64,000 bases of DNA from a virus: positions 6,388 to 70,387 of IMG/VR virus record IMGVR_UViG_3300044729_001490; one strand, written 5' to 3'. Below the pieces are notes generated by a model, which did no database searches, was not told the origin of the DNA, and saw nothing but the letters and a program-made list of their open reading frames with translations. Within the stretch, counting starts at the first letter, position 1. Every line of letters starts with the position of its first letter. Positions 34,274 to 41,657 of the stretch are shown here, piece by piece. The translations under genes were made by a program, and so were the position numbers.

Positions 34274-34677
34274 GCATATTTGAAGTCGGTCAGAAGTGGT
34301 ACACGCGAGGCGGGAAATTAGTAACTATCGTGTACATCAACGAAACAGCTTTAGTGCTTGAAGACGAGAATAAAGGGGTTCATGTTGTTGGAGCAAATGG
34401 GCAAATGTACGGTGGTTCTAATACAAACCACGCAGACGACTTGTTTGAACAGAATATTCCGCCGAGATACCGTCCGTTCGCCAATCGATACGACTTCGCT
34501 CCATACAGAGACAAGTGGGTAAAGAACAAGCACGACGGGACGTCGACGTGCAGAATTGGTGGGTACGATGACAGTTTTGTGTTTTTCCCTCCAATACAAG
34601 ATGCGATGACCTACGAGAAATGCTTCGAGATTTTGGTGTTTGATGACGAAACGCCATTCGGAGTTAAAATCGCATGA
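34270..34677 (+). CDS. Hypothetical phage protein
   Basis: 135 aa, GTGA overlap. Confidence 0.6.
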   Translation: MSIFEVGQKWYTRGGKLVTIVYINETALVLEDENKGVHVVGANGQMYGGSNTNHADDLFEQNIPPRYRPFANRYDFAPYRDKWVKNKHDGTSTCRIGGYDDSFVFFPPIQDAMTYEKCFEILVFDDETPFGVKIA

Positions 34678-35090
34678 ACAATGACAGCCTCGGTTTAAGC
34701 TGGACCGTAGCGTTTACGGTGGCGATGGTTGCGATTGTGTTCGCACCGACGCAAGAAAAGCCAGAATGGGAATACAAGTATCGCGCCGAAGTGGTTCGAG
34801 TTGTAGACGGAGACACTGTAGACGCGACGGTCGACCTTGGGTTCAACCTAAAGCTGTCAGCTCGCTTTAGGCTGCTTGGAATCAATGCCCCTGAGAAGAA
34901 TACCCGAGAGGGAAAGGAGTCGCTGGCAAGGCTTGCTGTGCTGCTTCCTGTGGGTTCCTCGGTTGTAGTTCAGACTACCAAGGACAAGAAAGAAAAGTTT
35001 GGGAGGTACTTGGGAACTTTCCTGTTAAATGGAAAGAGCGTCAATCAGCAGTTGGTTGACGAGGGTTTTGCTGTTTTGAAAGATTACTAG
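34674..35090 (+). CDS. Thermonuclease (SNase-like) with N-terminal hydrophobic segment
   Basis: VVRVVDGDTV..RLLGINAPE..KFGRYL..VNQQLVDEGFA. Confidence 0.9.
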   Translation: MNNDSLGLSWTVAFTVAMVAIVFAPTQEKPEWEYKYRAEVVRVVDGDTVDATVDLGFNLKLSARFRLLGINAPEKNTREGKESLARLAVLLPVGSSVVVQTTKDKKEKFGRYLGTFLLNGKSVNQQLVDEGFAVLKDY

Positions 35091-35100
35091 GAGAAAAGTT

Positions 35101-35352
35101 ATGAGAGTTCTAGGCTTATTGTTTGTTTTGGTTTTGGGGTCGTCGGCAACGGCGCAGGACTTTACGGCGAGATACGACACGAGGGGTCCGAGATTCACTT
35201 ACGGAACGTACAAAACCAGCAGCGGCGAGGTTGGTTCTGTGTCGTACAACCGTGTCGGTCGTTTTACTTATGGGTACTTCAGCGATGGGTCTCGCTCGAC
35301 CACCACTCAAGTGGGACGTCGTATCTACACCGACATCTGGATTAACAGGTAA
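35101..35352 (+). CDS. Small secreted beta-hairpin repeat protein
   Basis: Signal peptide (..SATA); repeated GxRFTYG motifs. Confidence 0.6.
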   Translation: MRVLGLLFVLVLGSSATAQDFTARYDTRGPRFTYGTYKTSSGEVGSVSYNRVGRFTYGYFSDGSRSTTTQVGRRIYTDIWINR

Positions 35353-35357
35353 CAGCC

Positions 35358-35585
35358 ATGCGAGTAACAGATAACGCTAGCGTCGTTCGCGACCTAGCGC
35401 TGGAGGATTTCGACGGGTGCTGGATAGCTCAGGATGGTGGCTCGTTTAGCCTGCATCGCAATAGCGGGTCGTCAACATCTAGTCTGACGATTAGCAGTGA
35501 AGATGCGCTCTGGATTATCGATACACTCGGGCTCGACGCATCGTTATCGATATCGCGTCGTCGGGTTGTTCTTTGGAAGCAATAA
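35358..35585 (+). CDS. Hypothetical protein
   Basis: 75-aa ORF. Confidence 0.55.
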   Translation: MRVTDNASVVRDLALEDFDGCWIAQDGGSFSLHRNSGSSTSSLTISSEDALWIIDTLGLDASLSISRRRVVLWKQ

Positions 35586-35595
35586 ACTCCGATTC

Positions 35596-35612
35596 TGTGA
35601 CAGAGTGTCACA
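35596..35612. repeat. Dispersed palindrome copy 6 (centre GAG)
   Basis: TGTGACAGAGTGTCACA after the stop at 35585. Confidence 0.92.
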
Positions 35613-35641
35613 AAACTTTTTATTAACTTAGCGAGGTAGAG

Positions 35642-35983
35642 ATGAGTAAGAAGTCTGGCGAATATTTGAATCAAAAGAACTGTAGGTTGTTGAAGATGGA
35701 CGGCTACAGTGACGAAGAACTTAAGAATCTAGGATACGATGAGGATACCATCAGGCGGACTATCGTCGCGCTGAATGGACCTCGCATCAATAAAACCACC
35801 AAAAGATGCAAGGAGTGCGGCGCGAAGTGCTACTACCTAGACCGGGGTGGAGATTGTTACGAATGCGCATTGAAAACGAAGATTGCCAGGGAAGGAAAGA
35901 TTCCGTCTACTGACAAGGTGTTTGCCAACGACGGTTGGAAACAGTGCCAAAAGATGATGGATGACCCAGACGGGTTGATTTAA
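35642..35983 (+). CDS. Zinc-finger hypothetical protein
   Basis: CKEC..CYEC; GAGG SD. Confidence 0.6.
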   Translation: MSKKSGEYLNQKNCRLLKMDGYSDEELKNLGYDEDTIRRTIVALNGPRINKTTKRCKECGAKCYYLDRGGDCYECALKTKIAREGKIPSTDKVFANDGWKQCQKMMDDPDGLI

Positions 35984-36007
35984 CGATAGGATTATCCGAG
36001 GCGACCA

Positions 36008-36355
36008 ATGCCAGACAGTTACGAATTACATTTACGCCAAATCGCGAGAGCAAAGATGGCAAACCAAAAGACCAAGCCTTCGGATCAATCCGTTGTTCAT
36101 ACGCCTGGACCCTGGGAGGCAGTTCGGTCATTAACTTGTGGTCATCTCAGAGCGGCACACAATTACCAAGTGGACCCTAAAGAAGAATGGACAGATGCAG
36201 ACCTTAAATTGATTTCGGCAGCCCCCGAAATGCTTAAAGCTTTGCGGCGAATCGTGCGGCATCAGGATTGCATTGGCGGGTCGATGGCGTCCATGTCGTC
36301 TACGCGACACATGGCAGCGCAGGCGATACAACACGCTACTGGAGAGGTCGTGTGA
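36008..36355 (+). CDS. Phage hypothetical protein (HTPGPW...LISAAPEML family)
   Basis: Motif common in small phage proteins. Confidence 0.7.
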   Translation: MPDSYELHLRQIARAKMANQKTKPSDQSVVHTPGPWEAVRSLTCGHLRAAHNYQVDPKEEWTDADLKLISAAPEMLKALRRIVRHQDCIGGSMASMSSTRHMAAQAIQHATGEVV

Positions 36356-36448
36356 ACGACATGGTTTACCGAGCCCCCTTCGGTAGACTTTCCATTTTAG
36401 AAACCGTTGTGAGGGGGCTTCGGTAGAACCAATTGTTTATAGTGCCTT

Positions 36449-36814
36449 ATGCCAAGAAACATTTCCTTTGCGTTGACAACAGATCAGATTCGGAATCGGA
36501 CTAAGACGGTCACCCGTCGTCTAGGCTGGAAGAATCTCAAGCCTGGTCAGATACTCAACGCGTGCGTGAAGTGCATGGGATTGAAACCAGGGGAACAGAT
36601 TCAGCGATTGGGTCAGATTCGTGTTGTCAGCGTGTTTCAGGAGCCATTGGTGGCGATGATGCGTGATGAGGCATACGGAAAGGCGGAAGCCCAGCGAGAG
36701 GGTTTCCCACAGATGGACGGCAAGCAGTTTGTAGAAATGTTCTGCGAACACATGCGACCAGTAAGCGGTTGCGTCACAGAGGTTACGCGGATCGAGTTCG
36801 AGTACGTTGATTAG
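36449..36814 (+). CDS. ASCH/PUA-like domain protein
   Basis: ISF..KTVTRR..A.REGF..VTRIEFEY. Confidence 0.75.
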   Translation: MPRNISFALTTDQIRNRTKTVTRRLGWKNLKPGQILNACVKCMGLKPGEQIQRLGQIRVVSVFQEPLVAMMRDEAYGKAEAQREGFPQMDGKQFVEMFCEHMRPVSGCVTEVTRIEFEYVD

Positions 36815-36948
36815 GTCAAATGAACGCTTGAAGCAGTCTGTTGTTTCTAATGAAAAAGGGGTGTTATTCATTAGAGAAAAAACGGCAAAAAGATACTGGG
36901 AAAACAGGTGACTCGCCTCTGATAATCCCGCAAAAGGGCAGCTGGAAG

Positions 36949-37323
36949 CTAGTCAAACGAATCCACGCCGTGAAGTTTACAGTGACATCGACAACACACA
37001 ACCATGATGTCCGTTCTCTTCTCTCTTCCAAGGCTTCGGTAGTGCTTGTGGTGGCATTGTAATCCTTTAGTCGTTCCGCACATCTCGCAAGTCTTTTGTA
37101 GCTGCCTGAACGACTTAGAGCGAGCCGCCCACTCGCTAGACTTTATGTACTTCCTGTAATCAACCCTCTTTTTCCTCAAAGGTTTAACCACCTTTGCTAC
37201 AAAACGAGGCTTCCCCGACTTAGTAAAGTTTTTTGCGTTATTCACCCAAAGTCTGAACGCGGTTTGCTTGTCCACGTCAGTAGGATTGTGCCGTAAGTAA
37301 ATCTCAAAGTCCTCTGGATACAT
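36949..37323 (-). CDS. Small HNH endonuclease (124 aa)
   Basis: YRKYIKSSEW..CEMC..HHKHY..CCRCH..H; likely start MYPED after AGGTGG. Confidence 0.85.
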   Translation of the reverse strand: MYPEDFEIYLRHNPTDVDKQTAFRLWVNNAKNFTKSGKPRFVAKVVKPLRKKRVDYRKYIKSSEWAARSKSFRQLQKTCEMCGTTKGLQCHHKHYRSLGREKRTDIMVVCCRCHCKLHGVDSFD

Positions 37324-37329
37324 AAACCA

Positions 37330-37770
37330 CCTACTTAAAAACAGCTGTAAGGTCCAAAAGTCGACAAGTCTAAGCGCAAAACCCCCCTCCTGCACCGCGC
37401 TAAGCCACGCAACCAATGCCGCTTGTCTCGGCATTCCCATCAGCACCAGGATATTTTAACGATAGAGCGTACATTACTGCACGTTATCGCCGTGCTGGCT
37501 TCGCGTAATTGCTTTCGCAGTGACTCACCAGCATATCGGATTTGTCGCCATGCCTTTGTTGCTCTCGACGCTCGGTAGCATGACCGTTGAACCGTTTTGC
37601 CAGATATGGGCTATCTGAGCCCATCAATAAAGAAAGCCCAGGTACTCCTGGAGGTGGAATCCTGAACAACACACCCAAGTTCGCGTTGCCAAGAACTCCA
37701 GGTGTAACTGGGCTCTGATGTAAACTACTTGGGTTTTTGTTGCCGTCAGGATTTCCACGTCCATTCGACA
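37330..37770 (-). ncRNA. Candidate large structured RNA or leader upstream of HNH
   Basis: Helices 37654-37680/37727-37758 and 37635-37653/37696-37714; hairpins 37606-37624, 37493-37533 and 37415-37435. Confidence 0.5.
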
Positions 37771-37775
37771 GAAGC

Positions 37776-37803
37776 ATTGTTATCATTGCCACACAAAAGT
37801 CAA
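37776..37803 (-). promoter_or_regulatory. Sigma70-like promoter for the structured RNA and HNH
   Basis: TTGACT-16 bp-AACAAT on the minus strand. Confidence 0.45.
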
Positions 37804-37936
37804 TCAACTATATTCAAAATGTTCGATGTCACCCAAAACAAGGAAAAAATCGATGCTCTGAATGTATTCGTGACCCGCCAAACGTGATTTTGACTGTTTC
37901 TTGGTTCAGTTGTCTTCAAATATGTTAGGGTTCAAA

Positions 37937-38362
37937 ATGATTTCTAAGCTAGTTCGTGCGAAGTTTCGGGTCAAAATCAACAGCCTTTCTGCCGAGTCCA
38001 GAATCATCCGCGTGGAGGAGAGGCGATGTGTCGGACAAAAGCGTTCTTCCGATCGCGGAGTCTTGCGGTGGCATCGGGTCAGCCTGCTGAGAGATGAGCA
38101 AAGGGCAACACTTTTGGCGTATGCCTTCGTTCGTGGCGTTCCTTACAAGGTTGTGGAGGGAAAAGGTGCCACGCCTTCAGATGCAATTATCGGCAGGATT
38201 TGCGAGATATCCCGCAGTCTGGCTTGGCGACGTATCTCGAATGATGACGTCGCCCCTGCAGAAGCTGCTGCGAAGGTGAAGAGCATGCGTCTGGCTTGGC
38301 GACGTATCTCGAATGATGACGTCGCCTGCTGGATGAGTGGTGTAAAAGAAAATGCGGCTTAA
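37937..38362 (+). CDS. Phage hypothetical protein carrying a 24-aa in-frame insertion
   Basis: KINSLSAESRIIR..HRV..LAYAFVRGVPY; LAWRRISNDDVA is duplicated. Confidence 0.75.
   Translation: MISKLVRAKFRVKINSLSAESRIIRVEERRCVGQKRSSDRGVLRWHRVSLLRDEQRATLLAYAFVRGVPYKVVEGKGATPSDAIIGRICEISRSLAWRRISNDDVAPAEAAAKVKSMRLAWRRISNDDVACWMSGVKENAA
38161..38175 (-). repeat. Motif B copy (GGCGTGGCACCTTTT)
   Basis: 14/15 match to GACGTGGCACCTTTT. Confidence 0.65.
38217..38326. repeat. CRISPR-like repeat-spacer-repeat unit (38-34-38 bp) with self-derived spacer
   Basis: Identical repeats at 38217-38254 and 38289-38326; 32 nt of the spacer are identical to 27935-27966. Confidence 0.9.
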
Positions 38363-38375
38363 CTAAGCCACATTG

Positions 38376-38447
38376 GCGACCATAGCATCAAGGCGATGCA
38401 AACGGCTTTCAATCCGTCTGAGGTGGGTTCGATTCCTACTGGTCGCA
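38376..38447 (+). tRNA. tRNA-Glu(TTC)-like gene with irregular anticodon arm
   Basis: Acceptor GCGACCA/TGGTCGC; D stem GCAT/ATGC; T arm GTGGG-TTCGATT-CCTAC; anticodon loop CTTTCAAT (8 nt); no CCA encoded. Confidence 0.75.
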
Positions 38448-38448
38448 A

Positions 38449-38691
38449 TTAGTCTGCTCCCTGTCTTGGGTTCAGGACTTCAGCCACCACGAACGTTTTA
38501 ACCCTCACCATTGACGCTGGAATCACATCGTCGTTCTCTCGTCGGACTTCGACCGGCCATTCGTACTGAGGCAGTCCAAGCCAGCTCAACGCCGCTTTAA
38601 CCGCCTCCTGCTTGGCTGCGCTGTACATGGAAACGTTTCCATAGTCGTTCCAGATGTCGGAACCTTCGAGTCTTGCTTGTGTGTTCGTCAT
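38449..38691 (-). CDS. Hypothetical protein
   Basis: 80 aa, last gene of the leftward operon. Confidence 0.6.
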   Translation of the reverse strand: MTNTQARLEGSDIWNDYGNVSMYSAAKQEAVKAALSWLGLPQYEWPVEVRRENDDVIPASMVRVKTFVVAEVLNPRQGAD

Positions 38692-38858
38692 TGTGCTTCA
38701 ACCTCTTCCTTTTTCTTTTCGAGTAGCTCAGTTCGTACAACTTCAATCTCCCGAGGAGCATCGATTGCCAGATTTGTTGTTCCGCCAGCTTTTACCGTAA
38801 TCACAATCGTTCCACCAATCGTGATGGACTCCCCAACTTTTCGTTTAATCATTAGCAT
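38688..38858 (-). CDS. csrA: CsrA/RsmA-family translational regulator (56 aa, missing from ORF track)
   Basis: MLMIKRKVGESITIGGTIVITVKAGGTTNLAIDAPREIEVVRTELLEKKKEEVEAQ. Confidence 0.9.
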   Translation of the reverse strand: MLMIKRKVGESITIGGTIVITVKAGGTTNLAIDAPREIEVVRTELLEKKKEEVEAQ

Positions 38859-38915
38859 TATTAATTCTTTCTGTTTAGTGGCTTACCATGCAAGCCATTC
38901 CATGATTGCTGTCCA

Positions 38916-39446
38916 TTAGCAGTAGTGCGGTCGTCGAGCTGGCATCGGCTCAGGCGGCCACGATTCAAGCCTAGCGCAGAAGTGCCCTTCGGATGCTACG
39001 GATGACGGAGAACGACGATTGCTATTCTCTCGCTCGCACCATGCACGCAGTTCCACCATAGCCTTTTCGGCTTCCTCCACTGACGTGAAGTGTCCATAGC
39101 GTGGTGGCGTCTCGTCCCAGTCTCCATCGGCAGGAGTGTAGGTGTCATACCACCATCCCCCCTCCTCGGGTCCACCATAGTCGCGGTCGTGCAGATACAA
39201 GTTCGCGTACAGATGTGGTGTTGCGTCTGCAATCTCCCACGATCCTGTTTCGTCCTCGCCTTCCAGCTTCGTTTGCTCCACGCGTCCGTCCTTCCATCGG
39301 ACGGTAATCGTTCCGATTGTTTCGTAACCGTCGCGGTCGCAATCCTCTTCAATTGCAATGATTGTCCCGCCGATAGCGTTATCGGGAACAATCCATTCAC
39401 CTTCGCCGTTCAGGTGCACAAACGTAACCAAGCTACCTACTCTCAT
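38916..39446 (-). CDS. Phage hypothetical protein (YGGPEEGGWWY motif)
   Basis: 176-aa acidic ORF. Confidence 0.7.
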   Translation of the reverse strand: MRVGSLVTFVHLNGEGEWIVPDNAIGGTIIAIEEDCDRDGYETIGTITVRWKDGRVEQTKLEGEDETGSWEIADATPHLYANLYLHDRDYGGPEEGGWWYDTYTPADGDWDETPPRYGHFTSVEEAEKAMVELRAWCERENSNRRSPSSVASEGHFCARLESWPPEPMPARRPHYC

Positions 39447-39573
39447 TTCTAATCCCCTTTTCTTCGAACTCGATACTTACAGACGGTTCACCGTGAACTC
39501 GTGTTACTGTTACTCTCACTCGCTGGCTTGCGCAACCGCAGCAAACTAGCAAAAGCAAAATCCATTTTGCCAT
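39433..39573 (-). CDS. Small putative lipoprotein (46 aa)
   Basis: MAKWILLLLVCCGCASQ...; AGGAG SD. Confidence 0.6.
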   Translation of the reverse strand: MAKWILLLLVCCGCASQRVRVTVTRVHGEPSVSIEFEEKGIRNESR

Positions 39574-39585
39574 CTCGATACTCCT

Positions 39586-39840
39586 TTAGTTTTGTTCTGG
39601 GTTGTAAGTCACTTCCGCCTTGAACTCTCTGCACTCTTGGTTCAGGCTTTCAATTAAATCAATGTGCGATTCCACGTTATCGCTGTCGTCGTCTGCACCT
39701 ATATCCTTCATGACTCGCATAATCGTATAAGCACCCGCAAAGAACGAGTTGCGCATGTCAGTGTATTGCCTGCTTGGTGGCTCCAATCCTAGCCCTTTAG
39801 CCAATAGCATCCACGCTTGTTGAATCAATCTTGTTTGCAT
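39586..39840 (-). CDS. Hypothetical protein
   Basis: 84 aa, ..MRNSFFAGA.. Confidence 0.65.
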   Translation of the reverse strand: MQTRLIQQAWMLLAKGLGLEPPSRQYTDMRNSFFAGAYTIMRVMKDIGADDDSDNVESHIDLIESLNQECREFKAEVTYNPEQN

Positions 39841-39843
39841 TAT

Positions 39844-40095
39844 TTATCCTTTGAGTAAATTGTTTTCCTCTACCAGTCTGATTAAGCCTTGTTCCAAGGC
39901 AGTTGGGATATGGACGTGTTTATTAAAGCTGTCTTCCGGATCGTCGTAAACGGCTTTGTCGTCCACTAATCCAGGAAACCACTTACCCTTGTAATAGAAC
40001 AGATCAGGGCGTTTCTCTAGCGGAGCACCTGTAGCCGCCACAACGTATTTCTTTTCCATAATTTCCTTGATACAAAATTCAGACACGTGAAACAA
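39844..40095 (-). CDS. Hypothetical protein
   Basis: 83-aa coupled ORF. Confidence 0.55.
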   Translation of the reverse strand: MFHVSEFCIKEIMEKKYVVAATGAPLEKRPDLFYYKGKWFPGLVDDKAVYDDPEDSFNKHVHIPTALEQGLIRLVEENNLLKG

Positions 40096-40243
40096 TCACA
40101 CCTAGCACAAACCCGCATAGCGTGGATATGAGTGCAGTGTAGTAAAGTTGCCGACGTATGTTGACAGTGGAATAGTTGTTTTCTGATGCGGCGTACCCTT
40201 CCAGGTAGGCCGCTTGGTAATTGTCATCGTCGATTGTGTTCAT
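40079..40243 (-). CDS. Small membrane protein
   Basis: MNTIDDD...C-terminal TM segment. Confidence 0.55.
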   Translation of the reverse strand: MNTIDDDNYQAAYLEGYAASENNYSTVNIRRQLYYTALISTLCGFVLGVIVSRV

Positions 40244-40247
40244 CGCT

Positions 40248-40718
40248 TTATGACACCGCCAGTTCTTCGTCTGTGTACGCGCAGCCACCATCAGCAAACC
40301 CATCGCTTGGGATAACCTGCGCGACCAATGGCAAGATGGATGCAGGGAAATCGTACTCGCTGCGGTTCGCCTTAGCTTTGGTATACAAGCGTTCAATGAG
40401 CTCGTCGTGCTTGCCGTTACGCACATCGTTCGCGATGCGCTCGAGTGTCTTAGCCGAGAATCGTGCGGCTGGCTCCAGGCTTGCGGTTGGGTTACCTTTT
40501 CCGTCGAGCAACATAGACGTAAAGCCTTGGTCTGACTTTCGGTCGTGTTGGACACTGATATCGTAACCTCTAGGGATTAGGTCACCTGTAAAGTAGCTGA
40601 CGCCTCCCTTTGTATAGCTCACGACCAGCGTAAGGCGTGGCGTAAGCATAGCGTTACAATCCTTGAATGCAGGCGCTGTAACTTGTTTGATAATGATGGA
40701 CTGTGTAGACATGTGCAA
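40248..40718 (-). CDS. Hypothetical protein
   Basis: 156 aa, AGGAG SD. Confidence 0.7.
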   Translation of the reverse strand: MHMSTQSIIIKQVTAPAFKDCNAMLTPRLTLVVSYTKGGVSYFTGDLIPRGYDISVQHDRKSDQGFTSMLLDGKGNPTASLEPAARFSAKTLERIANDVRNGKHDELIERLYTKAKANRSEYDFPASILPLVAQVIPSDGFADGGCAYTDEELAVS

Positions 40719-40740
40719 ATCTCCTTTGCGTTATTGAATG

Positions 40741-40796
40741 CCGACTCTGACAATCAGAGGCTCGGGCGGTCGGTCACTGGGCGAAGTGACCTCACG
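40741..40796 (-). ncRNA. Early-operon RNA motif, copy A
   Basis: CGTGA-GGTCACT-TCGCCC-AGTGACC-GACCGCC followed by a hairpin. Confidence 0.6.
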
Positions 40797-40835
40797 TTCG
40801 AGTCTATGCGTGGACTCCTCATGTCCGAACTCTAG

Positions 40836-40982
40836 TCATGACAATTTCCAAGGACCAACTACACGGACAATACAGGCATCTGGCATATCTTCCAAAATCT
40901 TTGCAGTTGCTTGCTCTTTAGTTTCGCACCTTACGTTTTTAGTGCCTTCGATTCCATTCACGGTGTATGTGACTTCAAACAT
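40836..40982 (-). CDS. Small hypothetical protein
   Basis: MFEVTYTVNG.. with GGAGG SD. Confidence 0.55.
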   Translation of the reverse strand: MFEVTYTVNGIEGTKNVRCETKEQATAKILEDMPDACIVRVVGPWKLS

Positions 40983-40984
40983 TA

Positions 40985-41278
40985 CTATGCCTCCACGTTT
41001 GTTGTACTGTCCTCGATTGCTTTGACCGCCGCATCTGCTCCCGCTTGACATCCGCGAACGTACTCGGCCATCAACGCTTTAGCTTCATCGCTCGAATCGA
41101 TTCCGTCCCATCCAAACTTTGTTTTCACAAAACTAGAATCGGCGTTGATTAGCATTCCATCCCAGCCATCGCAACCGGCATCGGCGGATTCGCTTTCGCG
41201 AGCCATTTCGTTGCCGTGCTCGAATCCCAGATCGTAGGCTTGCGATAGTGTCAACAGTGCAATTGTGTTGTTCGTCAT
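40985..41278 (-). CDS. Hypothetical protein
   Basis: 97 aa, AGGAG SD. Confidence 0.65.
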   Translation of the reverse strand: MTNNTIALLTLSQAYDLGFEHGNEMARESESADAGCDGWDGMLINADSSFVKTKFGWDGIDSSDEAKALMAEYVRGCQAGADAAVKAIEDSTTNVEA

Positions 41279-41306
41279 TTGTGAATCTCCTTGATTGTGT
41301 AGTGGT

Positions 41307-41349
41307 CCTGCGACGATGCAGGCGGTCGGGGTCGGGCGAACCCCTCACG
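41307..41349 (-). ncRNA. Early-operon RNA motif, copy B
   Basis: CGTGA-GGGGT-TCGCCCG-ACCCC-GACCGCC followed by a hairpin. Confidence 0.6.
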
Positions 41350-41360
41350 CGCAAAACGTC

Positions 41361-41657
41361 TTAGTCCTTCGTTCTCGCCCATCCGTAAGCGTAAGCAATT
41401 GATAGTTGGTATTTCATGGTTTCTTCGTGTCCGCTTCCCATTGCTGCCATACATTCAACATGATCCGCGCCGAGGTAAGTCTGCTTGTTCTGCGCAAGGT
41501 AATGGCTTGCCTCTTGGAGTTTCTTCCAGACGTGTTCAGCTCCCAGCCAATCGCCGTTGCCTCTAGGTAGTTTCGCTTGTCTCTTCTCAACTGGCGACAA
41601 TTCCATTGGCTTGAGTGGGCAATTGTTTTCCCAGAATATTTTTGAAGGCCTTGTCAT
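41361..41657 (-). CDS. Hypothetical protein
   Basis: 98-aa coupled ORF. Confidence 0.6.
   Translation of the reverse strand: MTRPSKIFWENNCPLKPMELSPVEKRQAKLPRGNGDWLGAEHVWKKLQEASHYLAQNKQTYLGADHVECMAAMGSGHEETMKYQLSIAYAYGWARTKD

Noticed and set aside
40080-40095. CACGTGAAACA, part of canonical parS
   Set aside because: The other arm does not match; single occurrence overlapping a start codon.
40797-40832. Minus-strand ATGAGGAGTC..GACTCGAAC resembling a second hammerhead
   Set aside because: Lacks CUGANGA and a full GAAA; only a hairpin is supported.
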